A stretch of 35,222 nt of DNA, from the IMG/VR virus record IMGVR_UViG_3300046779_000326, positions 1 through 35,222 of that record. One strand, 5' to 3'. This stretch comes from a virus. Taxonomy: Duplodnaviria; Caudoviricetes. This document shows, in pieces, positions 16,705-23,254 of this stretch. Within the stretch, counting starts at the first letter, position 1. Every line of letters starts with the position of its first letter. The notes below the pieces were generated by a model. That model ran no database searches. It had not been told where the DNA came from and was given only the letters and a program-made list of their open reading frames with translations. A program made the translations under genes and the position numbers.

Positions 16705-16807
16705 CTAAGTCGCCTGTTAACTCAAGTGCTTTGTTGATTGTGTCTAGATTATAAGACAAATTATCTTTTAGTTCATCAAGAATTTGCCTTGCTTGCAATA
16801 AATTCAT
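16601..16807 (-). CDS. Hypothetical protein
   Basis: 68 aa, ATGA-coupled; its last 104 nt overlap the next gene. Confidence 0.55.
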   Translation of the reverse strand: MNLLQARQILDELKDNLSYNLDTINKALELTGDLDGFQPSIRATSGASDKDGFTEGLDCLRETKSARA

Positions 16808-17193
16808 AACCTGTTGCCTTTGAGCAACTCAGCAATCTTTGCCTGAACCTCTGCATTTGGTTTGACAGCGCGTTTGCTGTCTTGCTCAATCTGAAGTAAA
16901 GCAGGGTCACGATCAGATTTTTTGTTCTTCATAACACCATCAATACACAAGTTGCGAAAAGCAATCGCAGAAGGTGGAAAATCGGCTGGCAAATTTTCCA
17001 AGGCATAGTCCATGATCTGCTTGCTAGTCAAATGAACGTTTACAACTTCTTCCCAAACTGCTCTGACAGTAGTTGGGTCGCTACCATCCCAATGCCGACT
17101 AAATGCAGCTCCATAAACTGCACCCATGTAGGCAAAGATGTAGTCCAAGCCTTCTGCCTCAGTACAACTTTTATTTGAGTAAGAGTTTTGCAT
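16804..17193 (-). CDS. Replication accessory protein (lambda P-position, helicase-loader-like)
   Basis: Follows the initiator; YGAAFSRHW...W...FPPSAIAFRNLC pattern; GGAGG 8 nt before ATG 17193. Confidence 0.55.
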   Translation of the reverse strand: MQNSYSNKSCTEAEGLDYIFAYMGAVYGAAFSRHWDGSDPTTVRAVWEEVVNVHLTSKQIMDYALENLPADFPPSAIAFRNLCIDGVMKNKKSDRDPALLQIEQDSKRAVKPNAEVQAKIAELLKGNRL

Positions 17194-17932
17194 TTCCATT
17201 CCCTCCAATCAGTCCACGAGTTAGGCCAGACATTACTGTTTGAGTTGTTTGACCAGCCTTACTCAAAGCCCTGTTGCGTTCATCAGGTTTAATCCAAGAT
17301 GCTTCCAATCCTTGCGAACCACGCAAACACCAGATTTCCAAAAATTCGTTTAATGGAATTCCAGCCTTCACAGATTCAGATCGGGCGCCTTTAAGCACCG
17401 TTTCTGTTACAGATGCTTTCTTGGCTTTCCTAAGTTGCAACCAATCAGACCAAACTTGTTGGTCAACATCAGAAGGGCAAGCAATGACAATTGCTTTCTC
17501 TATTTTTGTATTCTTTGAAGATGAAGGTGATGGTGATGTGCTATCTGCCGAGCATTGCTCCGAGTATGCTTCGACTATGCTTGGAGCATTTTTATTACCC
17601 CAACGAGCCTGTGCACCCTTCAAACCACGCTCTTTATTAGCTTGTTTGTTGTGATTTGCTTTTGCCATCTCGTTCTCAACGCGAGGTTGAAACCATGCTC
17701 CATCTTGTATTTCAAAGAATGGCTCAAGCATAGTCCGAGCATTAGCCCAAGCATCTGGTGAAAGTTTTGTTATTTGAGCAAGGACTGCATCATTGTCTGG
17801 TGGCGCACCACTTTTCCAATAGTCCATCAGCAAGAGCAAATAAGCTCCATGTTGCTCAGTAGTCAGCCGTGAAGTGGCAGACAAGTAATCCGCAATGTAT
17901 AGCGGCATCCATATATCGACTTTTGTAGCCAT
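17171..17932 (-). CDS. Replication initiator, YdaU/DUF1376 family
   Basis: WMPLYIADYLSATSRLTTEQHGAYLLLLMDYW N-terminus; C-terminal VWSDWLQLRKAK; SD GAGGA before ATG 17932. Confidence 0.8.
   Translation of the reverse strand: MATKVDIWMPLYIADYLSATSRLTTEQHGAYLLLLMDYWKSGAPPDNDAVLAQITKLSPDAWANARTMLEPFFEIQDGAWFQPRVENEMAKANHNKQANKERGLKGAQARWGNKNAPSIVEAYSEQCSADSTSPSPSSSKNTKIEKAIVIACPSDVDQQVWSDWLQLRKAKKASVTETVLKGARSESVKAGIPLNEFLEIWCLRGSQGLEASWIKPDERNRALSKAGQTTQTVMSGLTRGLIGGNGNAKLLLK
17549..17755. repeat. Candidate iterons/origin inside the initiator gene
   Basis: Two oppositely oriented clusters of AGCA(T)-core repeats with about 11-bp period; CAAGCATAGTC occurs at 17725-17735 (+) and 17583-17573 (-). 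Confidence 0.45.
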
Positions 17933-17938
17933 AAGGCA

Positions 17939-18026
17939 TCCTCGCAAACCCTCCAAGAAAAGAAACGCAGGCAGGCGGGAGGTTCGCTTTTCGGCACGCT
18001 CATGACTTCGTGCCTAGCCCTGTTTC
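17939..18026 (-). ncRNA. Candidate multi-stem structured leader/antisense RNA upstream of the initiator
   Basis: GAAAC/GTTTC closing stem, GGCACG/CGTGCC hairpin, GCG-AACCTCC-CGC hairpin; TATAAT at 18037-18032. Confidence 0.55.
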
Positions 18027-18032
18027 AAAAAA

Positions 18033-18338
18033 TTATACCTCTTTTACCCAAAGACCATCAGCGTTAAGTTGACCGCGCCTGTCCTTTATTTCGTTATACG
18101 CACCTTCCAAGCAACTAACTAAATCAAGATCAGCGCAAGCACATCCCATAATCAAAGTTGTGAGTATGTCCCCATAGGCATCAGCCATAGCCGCTCTGTC
18201 GTTGTTGCGGATAGCGTCAATCAGCTCGTCTAGTTCTTCTTGGGTCTTGATAGCTTGGGCAGCAGGGGTGGAGTTTTGCACGATACCGCGTTTCTCTCCC
18301 CACTGCACTATCTTCATCTCATATTCTGCGTAACTCAT
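18033..18338 (-). CDS. MazG-like NTP pyrophosphohydrolase
   Basis: QWGEKRGI, KTQEELDEL, DAYGDIL and AYNEIKDRRG; ATG 18338 in a TAATG overlap. Confidence 0.8.
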   Translation of the reverse strand: MSYAEYEMKIVQWGEKRGIVQNSTPAAQAIKTQEELDELIDAIRNNDRAAMADAYGDILTTLIMGCACADLDLVSCLEGAYNEIKDRRGQLNADGLWVKEV

Positions 18339-18490
18339 TAGAAGCAGCTCGTAGTGCATTGTTGACCGTTGCCATAACAGCTTGTCGTGCAAGTCATGGT
18401 GCGACCATTTTGGTTGTAGGTGTGTGTGTACATCTGTGCGCTGGCGCTGATTGACAACGTAGCTAAGATGATTGCGATTGCTTTTTTCAT
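18338..18490 (-). CDS. 50-aa exported Cys-rich peptide, absent from the ORF track
   Basis: MKKAIAIILATLSISASA|QMYTHTYNQNGRTMTCTTSCYGNGQQCTTSCF; Sec signal with A-x-A; SD AAGGA; ATGA and TAATG coupling. Confidence 0.8.
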   Translation of the reverse strand: MKKAIAIILATLSISASAQMYTHTYNQNGRTMTCTTSCYGNGQQCTTSCF

Positions 18491-18654
18491 TTCAGTTCCT
18501 TAAAAAGTTTTGGATGGAGCGCCTGGAGTTGCCAGACACGAGACTGAGGAATTCCATCACGCTTCCACAGCCACACAGCCCCACGGCTTACGCCAAGAAG
18601 CCTTGCAAGCTCACTCTGTGAGCCTACCTTGTTGATAATTGTTTGAATGTCCAT
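18487..18654 (-). CDS. Cro/YdaS-like HTH regulator
   Basis: 55 aa from ATG 18654; GSQSELARLLGVSRGAVWLW..IP HTH; first gene of the leftward arm. Confidence 0.82.
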   Translation of the reverse strand: MDIQTIINKVGSQSELARLLGVSRGAVWLWKRDGIPQSRVWQLQALHPKLFKELK

Positions 18655-18660
18655 GATTGA

Positions 18661-18689
18661 AGTGTATAGAGAAATTGACAAAAATACAA
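18661..18689 (-). promoter_or_regulatory. Leftward sigma70 promoter, probably leaderless
   Basis: TTGTAT-17 nt-TACACT, 6 nt before ATG 18654; no SD. Confidence 0.65.
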
Positions 18690-18714
18690 CACATGAAAAA
18701 ATATTTTTGATTTG

Positions 18715-18744
18715 TTGGTTTTTTGCTGTCTAGTTTGCTATAGT
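18715..18744 (+). promoter_or_regulatory. Rightward sigma70 promoter with extended -10
   Basis: TTGGTT-18 nt-TATAGT with TG at 18736-18737 (TGnTATAGT). Confidence 0.6.
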
Positions 18745-18790
18745 TCAGTCATCCCGTAGCGCAACGCAAGCGGTACTTTAAGGAACTGAT

Positions 18791-18991
18791 ATGAAACTTA
18801 ACGACACAACCCGCACCTACCCACGCACTATGCAAGAAGCCTACCCAAACACCTATGACGCTATTAAAGCTCGTCAGCGTTGGGAATGGTTAGAAGCACA
18901 TCAATCCGATGCAAGCCAACAGGCTGAATTCTGGGTTTACATTGCTTGCGCTTTTGCCGCTGGCTTTGTCGTTTCACAACTTTGGGGTTAA
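18791..18991 (+). CDS. Hypothetical protein with C-terminal hydrophobic segment
   Basis: SD TAAGGA; TRTYPRTMQEAYP motif; first rightward gene. Confidence 0.7.
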   Translation: MKLNDTTRTYPRTMQEAYPNTYDAIKARQRWEWLEAHQSDASQQAEFWVYIACAFAAGFVVSQLWG

Positions 18992-18993
18992 TC

Positions 18994-19131
18994 ATGAAAA
19001 CCCCACACATTGAAAAAATTGAATGGATTTCTGATTGTTTTGTATTTTGCATATTGCTTTTTACTTCACCAATTTGGGTTTGGTTTTATCTTTTATATGT
19101 AACTTGTAAAAAAATTTGGAGCAAACAATGA
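18994..19131 (+). CDS. Small membrane peptide
   Basis: 45 aa with a hydrophobic stretch; AT-rich; ATGA-coupled to ERF. Confidence 0.45.
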   Translation: MKTPHIEKIEWISDCFVFCILLFTSPIWVWFYLLYVTCKKIWSKQ

Positions 19132-19658
19132 AAAACATCGCAACCGCTTTGGTCAAAGCACAACGTGAATTTGGCCCTGCACTCAAAACTTCTACCAATC
19201 CACACTTTCGTTCACGCTACGCTGACTTGTCGGCTTGTGTTGAAGCTGTGATTGACGCGCTTAATAATAACGGCATTTTCCTTTTGCAAAAGAACTATGA
19301 CTGTGCAGATGGCATCATGGTCGAAACTGTGTTTGTCCACGAATCAGGCGAAATGCTTGAGTGCGGAATTGTTCACTTTCCTGCAACCAAGAAAGACCCA
19401 CAAGGATATGCTTCTGCGCTGACTTATGGTCGCCGTTACTCTTTGATGGCTGCTTGTGGTATTGCACCAGAAGATGATGATGGAAACCGCGCCAGCAGAC
19501 CTGCTAAAGAAGAAAAACCAACGCTAGACGCTAAACGTCTACAAGGTGCAATTGACAAGATTCTTGCAGGTGAATACACAACAGAAAAGTTGCGTGATAC
19601 GTTCACACTTACACAAGCACAAGAAAAACAAGTAACTGAGGCTTTAGCAAATGCTTAA
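19128..19658 (+). CDS. erf: ERF-family ssDNA annealing protein
   Basis: NPHFRSRYADL, HESGE, QGYASALTYGRRYSL..GIAPEDDDGN. Confidence 0.9.
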   Translation: MKNIATALVKAQREFGPALKTSTNPHFRSRYADLSACVEAVIDALNNNGIFLLQKNYDCADGIMVETVFVHESGEMLECGIVHFPATKKDPQGYASALTYGRRYSLMAACGIAPEDDDGNRASRPAKEEKPTLDAKRLQGAIDKILAGEYTTEKLRDTFTLTQAQEKQVTEALANA

Positions 19659-20277
19659 GATTCGCGCCAGCTCACTCGCTGAAATAATGACAGACCCAAA
19701 AGGCAAGGATGAAACCTTGTCTGTTGGAGCCAAAACAGCCATTACCAAGCAAGCCAAAGAGTTTGTTTATGGCTATGACGAGAAGTTTTCTAGCAAGTAC
19801 ACCGAGAAAGGGTTACTTGTAGAAAATCGCTCGATTGAATTGCTTAACTCTGTGCTGTTCACTGATTACAAAAAGAACACAGAGCGTAAGACAAACGATT
19901 GGCTAACTGGTGAAGCTGACATTGTTGCTGATCGCATCATTGATATTAAGTCATCTTGGTCGCTTGCTACGTTCCCATGCTTGGCATCAGAAGGCGAAAA
20001 CAAAACCTATGAGTGGCAGGTTCGCGCTTACATGATGCTTTGGGAATTAGATCAAGCACAGATTGCATATTGCCTTGTAAACACGCCTGACCACTTGGTA
20101 GGGTTTGAGGATAAGGCTTTGCATTACGTTGAGCATATTGCGCCTGAGTTGCGCGTGACATTGCTTAACTACAAACGTGATTTGGCTCTTGAAGACAAAA
20201 TAAAATTCAAGGTCGATGAAGCGCGTAAGTATTACGACAAAATCGTAAAACAAATTTCAGATGAACATTCAAAGTAA
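19651..20277 (+). CDS. YqaJ/lambda-exonuclease-like protein
   Basis: IRASS, KGLLVE, GEAD..IIDIKSSW and YEWQVRAYM; adjacent to ERF. Confidence 0.8.
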   Translation: MLKIRASSLAEIMTDPKGKDETLSVGAKTAITKQAKEFVYGYDEKFSSKYTEKGLLVENRSIELLNSVLFTDYKKNTERKTNDWLTGEADIVADRIIDIKSSWSLATFPCLASEGENKTYEWQVRAYMMLWELDQAQIAYCLVNTPDHLVGFEDKALHYVEHIAPELRVTLLNYKRDLALEDKIKFKVDEARKYYDKIVKQISDEHSK

Positions 20278-20285
20278 GGAAAAAA

Positions 20286-20540
20286 ATGTCAATAATCTAT
20301 GAAGTAACTGTAAAGGCTGGAACATACCAGAAAGATGGACAAGAGAAGATTCGCTACCAGCGTATCGGTTCAGTCATTGAGACAAAGAAGGGCAATATGC
20401 TCAAACTTGATCAAGTTCCATTGGTTGAAGGTGGCTGGACAGGCTGGGCTTATTTGTTTGAGCCACGCACAGATGAACAAAAATCTGTGCCAGCACAGAA
20501 GCCAAATGATGGTCTACAAGACGATTACATTCCGTTTTAA
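20286..20540 (+). CDS. SSB-like protein
   Basis: GTYQKDGQEKIRYQRIG; acidic C-terminus DDYIPF; SD TAAGGA. Confidence 0.7.
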   Translation: MSIIYEVTVKAGTYQKDGQEKIRYQRIGSVIETKKGNMLKLDQVPLVEGGWTGWAYLFEPRTDEQKSVPAQKPNDGLQDDYIPF

Positions 20541-20548
20541 TTGATTTC

Positions 20549-20630
20549 GGTGGGAAAGCGGATTCTGTATTCCACGGGCATATATCTGAAAACGCAGCGA
20601 CCTCTAGATCACAGTGCAGCGAGTACCACC
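20549..20630 (+). ncRNA. Candidate structured RNA with loop-E (GAA/AGUA) motif
   Basis: GGTGG-GAA-AGCGG...CTGT...ACAG..GCAGCG-AGTA-CCACC in the intergenic gap. Confidence 0.5.
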
Positions 20631-20652
20631 ACCCATTTGCATAGGAACCGAT

Positions 20653-20955
20653 ATGTTTAAATTTTTCAGAGCAAGAGCAACAGACGCAATCACCAGCTTT
20701 CAAGCGGCTGATTCAGTAAAAGACGTAGCCAAGATGCACCAAGAGGTCATTGTGGCTTGTCTGCAACGATTTGGCCCACTTGGTAAGGATGGTATTGCTA
20801 CACAGACAGGACTTCAAAGCAATCAAGTAGCAAGGCGTTTAAGTGAGCTTCAAAAGTTAGATTTGATTGAACTTACAGGTAAGACAGTTGAATCGCTTAG
20901 TGGCAGACAAGAACGTGAATGGCGGTTTAAGCCAGTTCAGGAGAAGTTGTTATGA
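20653..20955 (+). CDS. Winged-helix DNA-binding protein
   Basis: IATQTGLQSNQVARRLSELQKLDLIE; SD TAGGA before ATG 20653. Confidence 0.7.
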   Translation: MFKFFRARATDAITSFQAADSVKDVAKMHQEVIVACLQRFGPLGKDGIATQTGLQSNQVARRLSELQKLDLIELTGKTVESLSGRQEREWRFKPVQEKLL

Positions 20956-21248
20956 GAAAACCACATAGACATGCAGAGCTTATAAAAGCATGGGCTGACG
21001 GTGCTGAAATTGAAGTCAAACTTCCATCGGGCGCGTGGCACTATTGCCATGATCCGTATTGGGGTGACAACTCCGTCTATCGCATCAAGCCAGAGCCGAA
21101 GCCTGACTTTGTTTACTACGGCGTGTTCTATATGAATGACTCAATGATTCTTGAGTCTTGCTTCACAAAAACCAATGACCACGGCGACCACATAAAACTC
21201 ACCTTTGATGGTGAAACAGGAAAGTTAAAGTCAGCAGAGGTTTTATGA
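20952..21248 (+). CDS. Hypothetical protein (HAELIKAWADGAEIE..YRIKP type)
   Basis: 98 aa, ATGA-coupled, SD GGAG. Confidence 0.7.
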   Translation: MRKPHRHAELIKAWADGAEIEVKLPSGAWHYCHDPYWGDNSVYRIKPEPKPDFVYYGVFYMNDSMILESCFTKTNDHGDHIKLTFDGETGKLKSAEVL

Positions 21249-21287
21249 GTTTCGTAATTTTTTGTCTTTTAATTGATTGGATGATAG

Positions 21288-21536
21288 ATGACTGTTAATG
21301 CTTTTCACCCTGCTTACGTTGAAACGTATATGCCAGAGTTTTTATCAACGATTCGCTCAGAATCAGCAGCTAAAGAGAATGGACAAAAGTACGGTGCTTT
21401 GTCACGAGCCACTAGAGAAAACGCTAGTGTCACTGTGAACACAATCAGCACTTTTCCAAAGACGAAGCGTGTTTCTTTGAAGCCGACTGAGTTTCTTGTT
21501 TATTCAAAGGCAGGTATGCCAAAGGGGGTTAAATGA
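21288..21536 (+). CDS. Hypothetical protein
   Basis: 82 aa; stop coupled to the next ATG. Confidence 0.6.
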   Translation: MTVNAFHPAYVETYMPEFLSTIRSESAAKENGQKYGALSRATRENASVTVNTISTFPKTKRVSLKPTEFLVYSKAGMPKGVK

Positions 21537-21751
21537 GTGATAAAACAGGTGGGCAGGCGTTTCCCACATACCACGAGTTTGACCCGCATAGAGGCATGAC
21601 ATTGCGTGATTACTTTGCTGCCAAGGCGATGCAAGGGTTGCTTGCTTCTCCAAGAACACCAACAGAAGACAAGGTTGTAACAGATACTGTTGTTGCAAAG
21701 TATGCTTATTTAATGGCAGAAGCAATGCTTCGCGCAAGGGACGAAACATGA
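21533..21751 (+). CDS. Conserved phage protein (GMTLRDYFAAKAMQ type)
   Basis: TGGQAFP, GMTLRDYFAAKAMQG and AYLMAEAML motifs. Confidence 0.8.
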   Translation: MSDKTGGQAFPTYHEFDPHRGMTLRDYFAAKAMQGLLASPRTPTEDKVVTDTVVAKYAYLMAEAMLRARDET

Positions 21752-22161
21752 TTAAAGATTGCACAAAGTGCGGAACACCAACTGAATTTAAGGATGACCA
21801 CAATAAACGCCAAGGATATTGGTGTAAACCTTGCAGAAGCAAAGCATCTGTCGAGTCAGCTAAAAAACATCGCGAAACAAAACGAAAAAACAATAACGCT
21901 TACAGCGCAAGAAACTCAAGCAACAGATCAAAAGCCACTGCAAAATGGAGAGCAGATCATCCAGAAAAAAAAGCGGCACATCAAGCAGTTCAAACGGCAG
22001 TCAGGAATGGCAAACTTATAAAACAACCATGTGAGGTATGTGGGTCAATAAAAGGAATACACGCCCATCATGACAACTACGAAAAACCGTTAAAAGTTAA
22101 TTGGCTTTGTCACACTCACCACATGGATCGTCATGCAATGCTGAAAGCGAGAGAGCAATGA
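21748..22161 (+). CDS. Zn-binding HNH-like endonuclease
   Basis: CTKC, CKPC, PCEVCG..HAHHDNYEKPLKVNWLCHTHH. Confidence 0.75.
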   Translation: MIKDCTKCGTPTEFKDDHNKRQGYWCKPCRSKASVESAKKHRETKRKNNNAYSARNSSNRSKATAKWRADHPEKKAAHQAVQTAVRNGKLIKQPCEVCGSIKGIHAHHDNYEKPLKVNWLCHTHHMDRHAMLKAREQ

Positions 22162-22334
22162 GTGGAAAAGGCAGCGCACCAAGACCAATGCCAGACTATG
22201 AAAAGTATTCTGACAACTACGACCTAATTTTTGGAAAGAAAAATGAACCAGTACAAGACAGTCCTAGCACCAAATGCCCCGTGGCCCAAGTGGGAGACAG
22301 TGGAGAAACCAAAGAAACAACAGATTGCAAATAA
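22158..22334 (+). CDS. Small hypothetical protein (MSGKGSAPRP type)
   Basis: ATG 22158 overlaps the HNH stop; YSDNYDLIFGKK motif. Confidence 0.6.
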   Translation: MSGKGSAPRPMPDYEKYSDNYDLIFGKKNEPVQDSPSTKCPVAQVGDSGETKETTDCK

Positions 22335-22464
22335 AATAAGCGGGTCTGACTTAGCTTATTTTCTGCAAAATGAAGCACCTAACCACTATAAAACTTCCAT
22401 CAAACATCGAACCCGTGACAAGTTATCGGGGAGATTCACGAGTAATAGTAGGGTGGAGAAATAG
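22243..22464 (+). CDS. Hypothetical protein
   Basis: 73 aa with LAPNAPWP; overlaps both neighbours. Confidence 0.5.
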   Translation: MNQYKTVLAPNAPWPKWETVEKPKKQQIANKISGSDLAYFLQNEAPNHYKTSIKHRTRDKLSGRFTSNSRVEK

Positions 22465-22570
22465 AGAACAGCGACTTGCAACAGTCAGAGAACAAAGGCT
22501 CTGGCGTTGCAATCGCTGTGATGAATACTTCCAAACTTTAGGCGAAGCGAAAGAACACAAACATGGATAG
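22370..22570 (+). CDS. Small zinc-finger-like protein
   Basis: WRCNRCDEYF...EHKH; start uncertain. Confidence 0.55.
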   Translation: MKHLTTIKLPSNIEPVTSYRGDSRVIVGWRNREQRLATVREQRLWRCNRCDEYFQTLGEAKEHKHG

Positions 22571-22664
22571 CTTGATTGAACTGATTTGCTTTTTGTTTGC
22601 AGCAGCAGCCGTTTATGTTGGTGTGTTTCTTGTTGTTCTTGCCTTGCAAGTATTTCAAGATTGA
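22563..22664 (+). CDS. 33-aa single-TM peptide, absent from the ORF track
   Basis: MDSLIELICFLFAAAAVYVGVFLVVLALQVFQD; overlaps the endolysin 3' end convergently by 10 nt. Confidence 0.45.
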   Translation: MDSLIELICFLFAAAAVYVGVFLVVLALQVFQD

Positions 22665-23254
22665 AGCACTGCTAAAGCCTCATTGGTGTGTTTGATTCGA
22701 TCATCAAGACCAATCGTGCCACCGTTGATCTTCTTGGTTAATTGAGTCCAATCTCCACGGTCTGCAATCTCATTACAGCCATGAGTTGACCAAAACCAGC
22801 CAGCCGTTAAAGCTGCGTATTTTGGAGTAGCCACAAGGTCAGGCTGCATAACAAAATCAACGCCCAATGCCTTGCCAGCGTGAAAATAATTAGCATGACC
22901 AGTAAGCTGAATACACCCACGACCCCGAAAACGATAACCATCACCAGATGATTCATCACGGTTGCCCATTCTTGAAGCATAGACCATGTTGGCGATTTTT
23001 TTTGGGTTCTTTTCGTAAGCATTGGCTACCTCTTGAGTTGGAAAGCGTTTAGGCCACAGCTTCATTAAAGTAGCAGCACGATAGTTTAAATTTTCCTCAA
23101 GGATTTTAAAGTTACCGCATTCATGCCCACATTGCCCGATAAAGGCCGCTTGCTGATTAGGCGAGTTTATGCCAAATCGTGTAAAAGTCTCATTCAGTGC
23201 ATCAACCCACTGAGCGCCAATGTGTAGCTTTGCTAATTGTTCAGCGTTGACCAT
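22655..23254 (-). CDS. Endolysin, glycoside hydrolase family 19
   Basis: AAFIGQCGHEC, LEENLNY, DGYRFRGRGCIQLTG..NY, AGWFW and KKINGG. Confidence 0.92.
   Translation of the reverse strand: MVNAEQLAKLHIGAQWVDALNETFTRFGINSPNQQAAFIGQCGHECGNFKILEENLNYRAATLMKLWPKRFPTQEVANAYEKNPKKIANMVYASRMGNRDESSGDGYRFRGRGCIQLTGHANYFHAGKALGVDFVMQPDLVATPKYAALTAGWFWSTHGCNEIADRGDWTQLTKKINGGTIGLDDRIKHTNEALAVLQS

Noticed and set aside
17962-18026. tRNA or hammerhead ribozyme
   Set aside because: No TTCRA T-loop or CCA end. TCATGAG..CGAAA only loosely resembles the CUGANGA/GAAA core and the required stems do not form.
18339-18392. Track's longer start for the MazG-like gene
   Set aside because: The region belongs to the exported peptide gene; ATG 18338 is TAATG-coupled.
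18675-18707. Perfect plus-strand TTGACA as a rightward promoter
   Set aside because: No -10 at proper spacing; it is better explained as part of the operator-like palindrome.
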